Shown: one piece after another, positions 1-11,118 of the stretch
How positions within the stretch are numbered: the stretch's first letter is position 1
How the letters are laid out: each line of letters starts with the position of its first letter
Assembly (NCBI GenBank): GCA_054600435.1
Contig: BAAIJX010000003.1
Span: 744,001-808,000, forward strand
DNA from: Neophaeotheca triangularis
Lineage: Eukaryota
Reading direction: 5' to 3'
DNA: 64,000 nt
Made by a program: the position numbers and the translations under genes
Notes under the pieces: generated by a model
Databases searched by the model: none
What the model saw: the letters and a program-made list of their open reading frames with translations, nothing else
Told to the model about the DNA's origin: nothing

Positions 1-526
1 CAATAACCCCACCACCCCAACCACCGGCGGTAACATCAACAACCCCCATCCCACCCAACCCATCCCCGAACCCAGCAAACAAGAAGCTTCCTCCACGCCC
101 ACACCAGCACAAGAGCCTCCACAAGAACCCTCCAGCTCGGAAAACTCCCGCTTCACCGAGATGACCTCCGACCAAACCGGCCCAACCAACGCCGCCGCGA
201 CAACAGGCGACGTCAAAGACATCGAGAGCGAAATGCATGGCGCGCCTGCCAACTCCAGCGACATTCGTAATGAGCAACGCTCCGAGGGCCAAGGCGCAAA
301 CTTCGCTACCTCCGCGGCGGAGACGAATGCCGCGCAGGGCGGAGGCAATTTTGGTACAGTTGCCACTGAGGAGTCTGCTTCTGGGGAGACGAAGGTTGAG
401 GTTAGGGACTATGCGGGTGCGGGTGCGGGTGCGGATGCGGTTGGCGAGGGCCAGGGAGAGGAGGGGCAGGGGTCGAAGAAACACGGATTGGGGGCTAAGG
501 TGAAGCATATGTTGCATATGGATTGA
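1..526 (+). CDS. 3' part of a hydrophilic low-complexity hypothetical protein (5'-truncated by window edge)
   Basis: The frame of ORF 161..526 is open back to position 2 (NNPTTPTTGG...). It is Pro/Thr/Gly/Glu-rich and ends GLGAKVKHMLHMD-TGA. Confidence 0.6.
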   Translation, partial: NNPTTPTTGGNINNPHPTQPIPEPSKQEASSTPTPAQEPPQEPSSSENSRFTEMTSDQTGPTNAAATTGDVKDIESEMHGAPANSSDIRNEQRSEGQGANFATSAAETNAAQGGGNFGTVATEESASGETKVEVRDYAGAGAGADAVGEGQGEEGQGSKKHGLGAKVKHMLHMD

Positions 527-984
527 AATGTTTGAGAAAAGGTCGTGGGTGGAGGGGGGTTAAGGGTTCAAGGATAGGATGCAAAGTGCCTTTTCGGTAT
601 GATAATGACTTTTCCGTAATGTGTAGACTACGAGGCGCTATTGATAGGACTTTGGCACAGGTCCCGCTGAGCTCGTATCTTGCTCATATCTCTTGGAGCT
701 GCCGTTAGGTGGTTCACTTGTGATTGTCGGTTGTGGAAGTCTTTTCATGATCCTCCGACAATAGGCGAAGATTCCACTGCCCAGGCAACCCGCAGATAAA
801 GGAGCACCCTTGGATCTGCATCAAATATTACGTTCAACGCAGCCAAAAGGGCTCCAAATCGCGGTTATATATATGTATAGTACTATCTGTCGGAATGCAG
901 GAGCCCAAACCCTGGACCTAACCGCTCAAAGATCTCTTCTCCCAACTCACCTCCTCTCAATTCCCTCAGAACAAAAAGCTAAAC

Positions 985-1794
985 TCACCGATCATCCCTT
1001 TCCGCCCAACCCCTACAAGCCTCAAAATGCGATTCAAAAACACCCCCCTCCATCCCCTCGACCCTCTCCCACAAATCCCGCTCCCCCAAAACCCTCAGAA
1101 AAACCCACAGTCCCATAACCACAAAATCCGCATAACAAACCTCCTTACCCAACGCATAAGGGCCCTCCGGCCTCTCCCTCAACAAACGGCCCAACATCTC
1201 AAAACCCGCTCCGGCCCCATCCCAAGCCCCCTCGCCCCCTTGCGTCCGCTCAAATTCCGCCAAAGGCATCCCGAACCGCTGCTCCCTCGTGCGATGGAAG
1301 TACTCGGCGCTGCGCTCGGGTAAGATGCCGGGGACGCGGGGCATAAGCACGGGGCCAAGGGATTTCAGCACTTCGGCCACGGCTTCCTGGGCGCGATCGA
1401 CGGCCGGGGAGTCTAGGTGGAGGGAGGGCAAGGGTTGGAGTTTTTCCAGCTCGTCGGCGATGAGGCGCGAGTCCATGACGAATTTGCCCGAGGGGGTGCG
1501 GATGGCGGGGCTGGAGTAGGAGAAGTTGGGGTTGATGGTGGGGGAGTTGGCGGGGATTCCGAGGGCTTTGAAGCGCGGCTCGAGGTCCGGGTATTCGGTC
1601 CAGTCGGTGTGGTAGGGGATTTGCTTGTAGTTGAGGGCGAGGCGGGCTGTGGAGGAAGAGGGTGAGTTATTGGGGGGTTTGGGGAGTCGGGTGGTGGTGT
1701 TTTAGGACTCACTCTTCCATGGGTTTAGACTCCAGCAGGTGGTTTTGCCGTTGATGGAGCTGGGGAGGTCATAGAATGTTACTTCGTTCGACAT
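985..1794 (-). CDS. Glutathione S-transferase-like protein (fungal GST N-terminal domain), 2 exons
   Basis: ATG 1794, MSNEVTFYDLPS...CWSLNPWK. Intron 1647..1712 (GTGAG...CAG) joins to TRLALNYKQIPYHTDWTEYPDL...YSSPAI...DSRLIA...YFHRTRE...YADF, typical fungal GST motifs. Confidence 0.85.
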
Positions 1795-2161
1795 GATGGC
1801 GATTTTGGTGGGTCGGTCGTTGTTCGGTTGTTTGCGTGGAAGAGCAGGAAATGGTAGGTGTCTGTCGCGGTGAGGTTGATCGTTTATATACCTTCACTAC
1901 CTACAGCCATCAGATTTCCACTTCGTCATGTGGGGCATCTGACGGTGGAGGTACCCAGGTAGTGGGGCCGGACAAATGTCACCTTTGTAAGCATACTCAC
2001 CTACCGTAAGAAGAGAAAGGCTGCAGATCATCACTTGTCGTACTCCTTGATTAATCGTATCTAGGTCACACGTGGGTATCATGCCGAGCGCCATTCATGA
2101 ACACTTTCCACCCTCGCACAGCACAGGCGCCTCAGCACAGAAAAACAGAGTCGGGCAGCAT

Positions 2162-5100
2162 CTACGCAGCAGCGGCAACGACGTTCGACCCCATGGCCTG
2201 CCTTTTAGCCAACAAGCTCTGCCTGCCCCTACTCTTTGCGGACTTTGCCACGCTCTTGAAACCCTTACCACCCGCCGCCTCCTCTTGATGGCCTTCCATC
2301 TCCATCTCCCTAAAAACACCCACAGCCCCCGTGCCCAGCCCCACGCTCTGACCCATGATGATACACTCACTAACACCGGAGATATCATCCCTCTTCCTCG
2401 CCACAGCCGCGTCGAAAAGATGATCGGGAGTCTTCTCGAAACTCGCCAACTGCAACACGCTATCTCTCATCTTGGCCAGACCGAAACGCGTAATTCCCAG
2501 CACTTCACCCTTGTACGTCATGACGTCGGCCAGGAGCTGCATGTGACGCGGATCGATGTCCATACCGCCCATGACGGTGGAGATTTCCTTTATGATGGTT
2601 GAGCGCGCGGCTTCGATACCGAGAACGTCTTTCATCTCGATGACGCTGTTGGTAGAAGTGTGGATGCCGTCGATACCGTCGGTGGTCATGCACTGCTTGA
2701 GACCGTACCCTTCGACCAGCACGTCGATGCGTTCTTTGCCGTTGGCGTCTTTCTTCTCGTCCTTTTTCATGATAGCGCGGTAGGCATCTGGGTAGCCGCG
2801 GACGACAATGTCGGGTAGGCGCCGCTTGATGCTCTGCATGGCCATGAAGAGCTCTTGGTCAGCGGGGGCTTCGATGCTGCCTGCGCGCGCGAGTCGTGAG
2901 CGGCCTTTGCTGTCCAATTTCCCAATGTTGTCGATGGTGACACGAATGTGTGCGCGGCCGTGCTGGATGACGGTGCCGCCCATGGCTTTGAAACCTTTGG
3001 AGCGCTCGATAGCGTTGACGACGTCGTGGACGCCGATCCGGATGCCCATGGCGTTGGCGGCCGCAAAGTCGAAGCGCATGTTGATGTAGTTGTCGTGTAC
3101 GTAGTAAACGTCCTCGATGTGGGTGACAAGGTCGCGGACGTAGGTTTTTTGAACGAGAGACTTGGCGATCAGAGCAGCAGTCTCTTCGTACGGCGATTCG
3201 AGCGTGCAGGTGATGATAGGCGTACTGATATTTCTGCTTGCGTTGATGATTTCCTTGATACGCGGTACACCACCGGTAATAGACATACCAGCAACACCAG
3301 CAAAATGGAAAGTCTTCAGCGTCATCTGGGTACCAGGCTCACCGATAGACTGAGCGCCGACAGCACCGACAGCGTGACCGGCTTCCGTCTTTGACTTCTC
3401 GTACTTGCGCAGGCAAAGCACAATGAACACATCCAATGCAGTTCGGGAGATCTTGATCAGATTGTTCTTGTTGCCAGGGTATGCCGTCTGCGCGTTGGTG
3501 ATACGGTTGACCTTGGTATTGACGAAAGCCTGGATTGTATCCATGAACTCTCTTCCGCTTTCCAACTGGTCGACTGCTTTACCTTCGGGATCGAGGTAGT
3601 CTATCCGCCTGCCTTCGTCGTCATCACGCTGCAGCTTGTCACGTTCCTTGTTGAGTTCGTGGGAGACGATCTCGTTGATCTCCTCAGGTAGCAACGCCGG
3701 CTCTTCATTGTTCCAGGTGATGGCAATGGCGTGCGTGAAGGTACGTTCAAAGTTGACTGGTTTTGCGCTCCCTTCCATGTCCACTGGATCAAGTCCATCA
3801 TCACCGAACCTCATTTGCACAACAGTGCTGGCGGAGTTGCGGACTGTACCATCGTACTGAGCACTCAAATCCTCCAAACTCTTCATCAGTCGGCGAGACA
3901 TGTATCCGGTTTCGGCCGTCTTGACAGCAGTATCGACCAAACCTTCACGCCCAGACATGGCGTGCATGATGAATTCCGTTGGGTTCAAGCCGCTGAAGAA
4001 AGAGTTGAAGACGAAACCCTTTGAAGGCGGGTCTCGACTGCCCTTCGGGAAGTGAGGAAGCGAGCGGTCTTGAAAGCCATCGGCGACACGCGATCCTCCA
4101 ATAATTTGCTGACCGACAGCAGCCACCATCTGAGAAACGTTGATCAGGGAGCCCTTGGAACCGCACATTGCCATCGTGACCGGAGCGTTGTATTTTGACA
4201 ATTCGGCAAAACATGCGTCACCACACTCCTGTCTGACCTTGGATAAGATACCAGAGATCTGGTTCTCCATGGTCCCCTCTTCATCGCATCCGGGATCGCG
4301 CTTCAGCTCGCCGTTCTGATATCTCTTGATAATCGCAAACACCTTGTCGTATGCAGTCTTGACAAGAGCACTCTTCTTCTGGTTCAGCTTCTCACTTGGG
4401 TAGACATCGTTGATGCCGATAGAGAAGCCCTGCTCCGAGAGCCACCTGGCGGAAAGCTTGGCCAGCCTGTTCATGGCAGCGACGGCATAGCTGGGGCCAA
4501 AATCACGCATGATGACATAGAAGACAGAGTCCTTTTTGCCGTCACCGATGATAGCCTTGTCCATGACACCACACATGACCTCACTGTTTCGCACCACCAG
4601 ATATGAGTCGTCGGGGGCCATGTCAGGGATCGAACCGTCTGTAGGGGCTTTGTACTGCTTGCACTTGCCGTCCAAGTTCACGTTGACCGGATAATCCGGG
4701 TGCGGCTTCATGAGCATGCCCCAGACTTGTTTGCCAGTCCAAAGGGCTTGTGGCTTCCAGATCGCTGGCGGAGGAATCTGAAGCGGGTACCTTGTACCGC
4801 TATCGGGATCCACCACCTCCAGGCCGTTGAACATGAAGCTGACGATGTGCGTGAACTGCCTCCTGTTGAAGAATCTGTCCTTCTTGCTGACCAAATAGGC
4901 TCCCGTGATAAAATCCTGGATGGCTGCGATAATGGGCGTACCGTTCTTTGGCGTAGCCAGGTTGTGCATGACACCCATGAGCTCGATGGCTTCAGTACGT
5001 GCTTCTTCCGTCTGTGGCACGTGCAAGTTCATTTCGTCGCCGTCGAAATCAGCGTTGTAAGGATTGCAAACACATTCGTTGAGTCTGAAAGTTCGCCAGG

Positions 5101-6619
5101 GGCGAATCTTCGCTCTGTGAGACAGAATTGACAGCTTGTGCAGAGAAGGCTGGCGATTGAAAAGCACGACGTCGCCGTCTTCAAGATGGCGCTCAACCAC
5201 ATCTCCAATTTTGAGATCCCGAGCGGCCTTTTCCAACTTTCCCTTTTCACTCAAGTTCTTCAAATTGATCACGCGACCTTCGGAGAAGCCCTCGCGTTGA
5301 GCCTTGATGGCATTGGCTCCAGGATGTACCTTGGAGCCGAGTCTGATGCAGTTCCTCAACTTTTCAATATTCTGCCTGTTGGCTTTCTCGGGGTATGTCA
5401 TATTCAGCGCTACTCTGACCGGAACCGCAACTTCCTGGATGCTGAGGTTGGGATCGGGTGAAATAACAGTACGTCCTGAGAAATCGACACGCTTGCCCGA
5501 CAAGTTGCCACGGAAGCGACCTTGCTTACCCTTCAACCGTTGGCAGAAACCTCTTATAGTCTTGCCGTAGTTGCTGTCTTTGCCCAGGCCAGGAAGGTTT
5601 CCGTCGATATACATGGCAATCTGCACCTGAAGGAACTCCCAAGCTTCCATGATCTTCGCAAGCGTCTGGCCACTAGACAAGGCAAGGTGTAATGTCGTGT
5701 TCACCTGCAGGATGTCTCCGAGCTTGTTCGTAAGGTCATCCTCGGTGGTAGCGTTCTCCTGCGCGACAGACGGGCGGATTGCAACAGGAGGTGCCGGAAT
5801 TTGCGTCCAGATCAGTGCTTCAGGCCTGCCTCCTTGGTGGGGATCCAGGCCGATCAGCTCAACGTCAACGTCGGGAATCTTCTTGAAGATTTGCATGACA
5901 CGCAGAGGGTTGAGGTCGTCTGCGGCACGCTTCATATGACGAGCAACATCCTGGTTGGCTGCCTGTGCAGTCTTGAGAGATGTTTCGAAAGCCTCCATTT
6001 TGGGAGGCATCTTTTTCGACTTGGAGTTGGACGCATGGTACGCAGCGAAGCGGTTGTGGAAGATCTTGATAGGATGCCCCGCCACTTTCTTGATCGGACC
6101 ATTGTTGGCGCTACAATTGGGACAGACTTTGCATTTCTTGCATTCTGCCACAATCTTCTTGACCAGAGCCGCCTTCCTCAGCGTGTCTTCTCCAGTAGCT
6201 CTCAGAGATTTAAGATTCTTCCTCTTCTCTTTCTCCGGCAGCAAAATACGACTGCAGTCCTTGCATACACAGCTCAAGACTTCCATAATCTTCCTAAAGT
6301 AGCCATAGTGGTAAGCCGGGAGAGTGAGCTTGATGTTCCCGAAGTGACCGTTGCAGTTGGTGAGGTTCTCGTTACAGGTGCTGCATGTCCCAGATTTGGA
6401 GGAAGTGCCCAAACGACCATCTAGAGGGCCAGACTTGGTGGTCTTTCGGGCTTGACCTGGCAGTCCAATCTCGTACAAGTTGCGGTTCTCGATGGATGCG
6501 ACCGACTGCGATACGGCTTCCGCTGGGGACAGCACACCAAATTCGAGTGAGGTAATGCGCTTGGGGGTGTCGGCCAGCACCTGCTCTTTAATGTCGGGTT
6601 CGCCGTCGGTAGTAGCCAT
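2162..6619 (-). CDS. RPC1: DNA-directed RNA polymerase III largest subunit (C160), single exon
   Basis: Catalytic NADFDGDEMN, Zn-binding CSTC...CNGHFG, GRFRGNLSGKRVDFSGRTV, TAVKTAETGY and QMTLKTFHFAG. C-terminal GEVLGITRFGLAKM...LQLASFEKT is Pol III type; there is no Pol II CTD. First ATG at 6619. Confidence 0.96.
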   Translation of the reverse strand: MATTDGEPDIKEQVLADTPKRITSLEFGVLSPAEAVSQSVASIENRNLYEIGLPGQARKTTKSGPLDGRLGTSSKSGTCSTCNENLTNCNGHFGNIKLTLPAYHYGYFRKIMEVLSCVCKDCSRILLPEKEKRKNLKSLRATGEDTLRKAALVKKIVAECKKCKVCPNCSANNGPIKKVAGHPIKIFHNRFAAYHASNSKSKKMPPKMEAFETSLKTAQAANQDVARHMKRAADDLNPLRVMQIFKKIPDVDVELIGLDPHQGGRPEALIWTQIPAPPVAIRPSVAQENATTEDDLTNKLGDILQVNTTLHLALSSGQTLAKIMEAWEFLQVQIAMYIDGNLPGLGKDSNYGKTIRGFCQRLKGKQGRFRGNLSGKRVDFSGRTVISPDPNLSIQEVAVPVRVALNMTYPEKANRQNIEKLRNCIRLGSKVHPGANAIKAQREGFSEGRVINLKNLSEKGKLEKAARDLKIGDVVERHLEDGDVVLFNRQPSLHKLSILSHRAKIRPWRTFRLNECVCNPYNADFDGDEMNLHVPQTEEARTEAIELMGVMHNLATPKNGTPIIAAIQDFITGAYLVSKKDRFFNRRQFTHIVSFMFNGLEVVDPDSGTRYPLQIPPPAIWKPQALWTGKQVWGMLMKPHPDYPVNVNLDGKCKQYKAPTDGSIPDMAPDDSYLVVRNSEVMCGVMDKAIIGDGKKDSVFYVIMRDFGPSYAVAAMNRLAKLSARWLSEQGFSIGINDVYPSEKLNQKKSALVKTAYDKVFAIIKRYQNGELKRDPGCDEEGTMENQISGILSKVRQECGDACFAELSKYNAPVTMAMCGSKGSLINVSQMVAAVGQQIIGGSRVADGFQDRSLPHFPKGSRDPPSKGFVFNSFFSGLNPTEFIMHAMSGREGLVDTAVKTAETGYMSRRLMKSLEDLSAQYDGTVRNSASTVVQMRFGDDGLDPVDMEGSAKPVNFERTFTHAIAITWNNEEPALLPEEINEIVSHELNKERDKLQRDDDEGRRIDYLDPEGKAVDQLESGREFMDTIQAFVNTKVNRITNAQTAYPGNKNNLIKISRTALDVFIVLCLRKYEKSKTEAGHAVGAVGAQSIGEPGTQMTLKTFHFAGVAGMSITGGVPRIKEIINASRNISTPIITCTLESPYEETAALIAKSLVQKTYVRDLVTHIEDVYYVHDNYINMRFDFAAANAMGIRIGVHDVVNAIERSKGFKAMGGTVIQHGRAHIRVTIDNIGKLDSKGRSRLARAGSIEAPADQELFMAMQSIKRRLPDIVVRGYPDAYRAIMKKDEKKDANGKERIDVLVEGYGLKQCMTTDGIDGIHTSTNSVIEMKDVLGIEAARSTIIKEISTVMGGMDIDPRHMQLLADVMTYKGEVLGITRFGLAKMRDSVLQLASFEKTPDHLFDAAVARKRDDISGVSECIIMGQSVGLGTGAVGVFREMEMEGHQEEAAGGKGFKSVAKSAKSRGRQSLLAKRQAMGSNVVAAAA

Positions 6620-7300
6620 GACGGTGAGTGAGCGGTGGGGATGAGCCAAAGGCTTGTGGTCTCTTGCTCAAAGTGTGATGCAATCACCTCATATCCGCGT
6701 TCACTCCAGTTGGGTTTGGCAGATACAAGAGTAGTGAAAGTGTGAGTCGGCGGTCGTGGTACGTTATCGAAAGGTGGGTGGGTAGGTAGTTGGTGGTGGT
6801 GGTGGAGTGAGGTGAGTCTTGCGGTTACTGACTATATTCAAAAGCTTGAAGTTCCGGTTGCGCTGCTGCAAGTGCTGTCGCCGACCAAATTCTACTACTT
6901 TTATTCAATTACCTAGGTACCTCGAGGTGGGGGCCGGGACGGGCACGAGCACGAGGGCTGCGCCGCTATCCCGTGGCTTGTAACCTTTGTCTTATCGCAA
7001 GCGTTCCTTATCGATAAGTCTGGCTAGCTCCGATAAGGCACCTCCTGCTACTACCTACCTTACATAGGTACCTAGGTATGCAGACCTCGGGCAGTTGTAC
7101 GACAACGACAACTAGTGGTAGAATCATAACCTTGGAACTCCCTAGAAGGGACTGGTTAGTAAGCGCCCAATCGTAGAACACATAACTAGCAAGTGAGGCA
7201 TAACTCAACGCAGGCCTACAACCGAAAGGGTGCTGTCTAATGACCCGAGCTCAAGGGTGCTTTACCTACTGCCACAATTGTACTCGCACCCCACCAAGAC

Positions 7301-7327
7301 CTCACCTACCTCACCTACCTCACCTAT
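7301..7327. repeat. Short tandem repeat (CTCACCTAC)x3, last copy imperfect
   Basis: ctcacctac ctcacctac ctcacctat read directly. Confidence 0.8.
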
Positions 7328-7604
7328 AACCTCTCTCTACCTCACCCTTTCCTGCTTTTCTTGATCGTCTCTTCTTCTGCCTCTACCACTTGACCCTCCT
7401 CACCTACATTGCCTTAGTCCAATGACACTGGAGTCATCCACTGGCCAGAAGAGAGCTCCTCGCTTTATCCGTCGACAACGTCTTCCCCTCACCAAGGCAA
7501 CAACACCTCCAACCCTGCTAGGCTGCGGCTTGTGACACCTCAAGCTCCACCTCAGCTCTCTCGTCAAACATCACCACACACACTCTCGACCAGACTCGCC
7601 ACTC

Positions 7605-9443
7605 ATGCCCACCATGCCAGACGCCATGCTGGACGACAGTATGCGCTCGCTCCACAAGAGGTACATTGACTGGCTCGACGATGCTGACCCTTCCAAAGCC
7701 AGAGGCAGCGCCATCACCGTCACGCTCACCCCGCCCTACAAACTCTTGGACAAGCGCACCCTAACCATCGCCCCGAATAAGCCGCAGAACATCGGGCGCG
7801 CCTCGAAATCCCAGGTCAAGAACCTCGAAGCTGGTCCTCGTAACGCCCTCTTCGATTGCCCCGTCGTGTCCCGCACGCACGCCGAGTTGAAGACTCGCTT
7901 CAACGTGTGGATGGGCTGCAACGAAATCCTCATCACCGACAACGGCTCCATGCATGGCACGTATGTCAACGAAGTCAAGCTTCGCAACGGAGAGCCCTTC
8001 ACGCTGCAGTCGGGGGACGAGATCCGCCTTGGTGATAAGGTGTCAAGGGGTGAAGGTTGTCCGTTGTACCGTTGTTGTCCTAGCTCAAACACTAACACTG
8101 ATTTAGACATCCACAACGGCGTCGTGCTCGTCTTCTCTGTCGTTAACCAGAGTATCGCTACGGATACATCCACCACCGTCAACAAGGGCTTCACAGTCCC
8201 AGAAATATCCGACTATTCCGATGACGAGTACGACTTTGAATATGACAGCGAGGAGTTGAGGTCTTCACCTTCCGAGGCCGCTGACCGCACGCATTGGCTC
8301 TTTGGGAACAAAGGCCACGACTCGGAGCTGGAGGGTCGACAGAAGGACGGCCTTTCGCACCCTGAGATTGTAGACACCAGCGATGAGGAGTCTGTCGTCA
8401 GTGAGGAGCCTATCATTACACAGACTGGCAAGGTCACTGCGGACGTGCGTGGTAGCTCCCAGGAACAACCCATTGAGCTTGATGGCGCAGAGTCGGCTCT
8501 GCCCGAACCTAGTAAGCCAAAGCAAGCCACATTCGAGCCGACTTCGAAACCTATGGACAACCACACCATCTCCGAGTGCCTTCCCGACCTCCTGCCTAGC
8601 AAATCGTCAGGCGCTGCCAACGACACCACCGTCCCCAAGAACATCTTCAAGAGCAGTGACTTAGGTCCCAAGGAGACTCGAGATCGTCCCTGGGAGGCCG
8701 GGAGCGCTCCGTTCATGTCTACGTCTTGGGCCACTGAGCACACCAGGGGTAATGAACCTCAGCGAAGCACTATCCCCGGCACGTATGACGTCGCCTTGGA
8801 TGCAACGAACGGTGTGGAAACCAGCAACGAGGTTTATGCCTTGGGTGACGCAGATACCGCCCATGGTCACTGTCTCTTCACTAGCGTCCCTCCCTCGCCA
8901 TTCAACTCGCCATTCAAGAGCAGTAGCTGGACGACTTCGAAACCAATGGCTGCTGCCTCGGAGAAGCACCAGCTCGGCACCCCTCTCGCTACCGCAGCGC
9001 CCGCCACTGGCAACAAACGCAAGGCCGACAGCATCTCCGCGGACCTTCTGGCCGACAAGAACGCTAGAGGCTGCAATAAGCAAGAGGCAATCGAATACCT
9101 ACTAGACCAGAAGAACAAGCTGTCAGCGCCAGCGCCCGTCACCACGAACAAGAAGCCCTCGAAGTGGGATATCAAGCCGATAGAGCCCGACAGTCTGAAT
9201 GAAAACGATCTCGACCCGAAGGGCTTAGTGGAGTTTGCTGAATCCGTACTCAACGAGGCCGTCCCTCAGGAAAACGTGTGTTTCGACGAGCAGCCCCCTC
9301 GCAAGAAGGCCAAACTCATCAAGGGCAGCACCGTCAAGACTGTTGGCAAAGAAGCTGGCAAAGCACTGGGCTTGATGGCCGTGGGAGCTGTCGGAATGAC
9401 GCTGTTCATGGCCTCGGACTTCGCTGCCTCGCTGGTGCAATAG
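7605..9443 (+). CDS. FHA-domain protein with disordered middle and C-terminal hydrophobic (tail-anchor-like) segment
   Basis: FHA motifs IGRAS...FDCPVVSRTHA...ITDNGSMHGTYVN...GDEIRLG; C-terminal GLMAVGAVGMTLFMAS. Probable in-frame introns ~7639..7698 and 8056..8106. Confidence 0.85.
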   Translation: MPTMPDAMLDDSMRSLHKRYIDWLDDADPSKARGSAITVTLTPPYKLLDKRTLTIAPNKPQNIGRASKSQVKNLEAGPRNALFDCPVVSRTHAELKTRFNVWMGCNEILITDNGSMHGTYVNEVKLRNGEPFTLQSGDEIRLGDKVSRGEGCPLYRCCPSSNTNTDLDIHNGVVLVFSVVNQSIATDTSTTVNKGFTVPEISDYSDDEYDFEYDSEELRSSPSEAADRTHWLFGNKGHDSELEGRQKDGLSHPEIVDTSDEESVVSEEPIITQTGKVTADVRGSSQEQPIELDGAESALPEPSKPKQATFEPTSKPMDNHTISECLPDLLPSKSSGAANDTTVPKNIFKSSDLGPKETRDRPWEAGSAPFMSTSWATEHTRGNEPQRSTIPGTYDVALDATNGVETSNEVYALGDADTAHGHCLFTSVPPSPFNSPFKSSSWTTSKPMAAASEKHQLGTPLATAAPATGNKRKADSISADLLADKNARGCNKQEAIEYLLDQKNKLSAPAPVTTNKKPSKWDIKPIEPDSLNENDLDPKGLVEFAESVLNEAVPQENVCFDEQPPRKKAKLIKGSTVKTVGKEAGKALGLMAVGAVGMTLFMASDFAASLVQ

Positions 9444-11118
9444 CTTCGGACGCACCATCAACGCACAAACATCATCGACAAGAACGCACACATGAAGGCG
9501 AAACGGACAGGGCGAAGGCGTTTGTGTTGCTTTGCGGAACGCTAGTATTTCTTTGGGTTGATGAAGCTTCACGAACACGAATATCACAATAACGGGACGA
9601 ATGGGGATAGGGAAGGAATCGATGCGGCAGTAATTTTGTTCCCTCGGCGTTTATAACATCATGGGCGCTCAATGGCGCTACAAACACCATACCGAGAACA
9701 CGGTGAGGTTCTAAAGCGACCAGACGAGCATGCGGTATTGAACTTCAAATTCTCGTAAAGGGTCTCTGCCCGTACGTACGTACATAGCTCAGTCTAGTCA
9801 GCTCGACGAAGCTAAGCGATTACTTTGGTCGGTGTGATTTCGCTCCTGTCACCTTTCCTGTTCGTGTGTGTGCGTGTCTTGGTCCCTGACAAGTGCCTGC
9901 TGGACACAGCAATGTGAAGGTGACGACAGCCGCAAATTGGACAGCTACCTCAGCAGCAGCTCAGGCGAGCAGAGATATATAAGTTATGCGGCTCTGAGAG
10001 CTTCACCTAGGAGGTGCAAGCGACCAGTGGATGGCAGCAATCGAAAGGGCGAGGAGCCACGGAACCACCTCATCAAGACCTCATACTGAATGGCGCCCAC
10101 GAGAATATCGGTATCTACAGTCTACTAAACTAGTACATACACGCATATATGTTGTAATGAGCTGTACTGCACAGCACGTGATAGCTGGCAAGCATGCTTG
10201 CAGGCATGCCTGAGGCATCAGCCAGAAGCTGCAACCTGTCTCTGCAGGATGCAGGCTTTGCAGTAGTTCTTAGCCTTTGGTAATCAATCAATCGAGTTCG
10301 TGCCGCTGCATATTACCACACCAGCAACTTGCTTTCTGAGACCTTTTTTCCATCATCTCGTTTACAAACATCTGGGTTTGCTTCGTTCGCCCCTTTATCC
10401 AAGGCCTCAGCCAAAAGTCTGGATCGCTTCTGGAGCTACTGCGTGCAGATACAATATAACAATATAATCCAGGGAAGAGATTCTCTTTCGAGGATGGAGC
10501 TCTGCCTCTGTAAGACACTGCCCGACACAGACTGCTGGCGAGACAATACAACTGGTGGCTAATGCAACTCGTCATTGCATGAGCCGTCCTGCTGTAATGC
10601 AAATGGCAGACAAGTGCTATCCAGTCCATTCAAGAGACTTGTTGGGGCAAACGGTGGCTGCTTATGCTGCACGTCGAGATTGTTCAGCTGCCTTGATCAA
10701 CTACTTAGTACGTACTCTACGCTCTCTCCAAGTCTCGACTGGCCGGGTACGCGAGAAACAAACAAGTCCATCTTCTGGCCCTTTCGTCACGCAATACCTG
10801 CCACTGTGTCCAAGGGGCCGCCACATACAAGGATACGGACAAAGGTACCTCGTCCATGATTGGAGGGTACCTTCACCGGTTTTCCCGTTCTTCGTAGGCT
10901 ACGAGGCCTCCGCATCCATGTTCCAGCCTTACAATACAATACCACTGAGCGGCTGTATGCAGCCAAAGAAAGGCCAAGGGGTCCCCGCGTTGGTGTTATA
11001 AGATGCTCAAGTACCCCAAGTGATTCCAAGACTTAGCACGCGGTCGCTTCAGAGAAGTCCAGCTTTCACCTCTCCGGGCCCAACGCTGCCATCAAAACGA
11101 GACACGATATCAATCAAC

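Noticed and set aside
2072..6424. Numerous antisense and alternate-frame ORFs within RPC1 (and likewise within other long genes)
   Set aside because: Expected by-products of GC-rich codon usage opposite a conserved gene.
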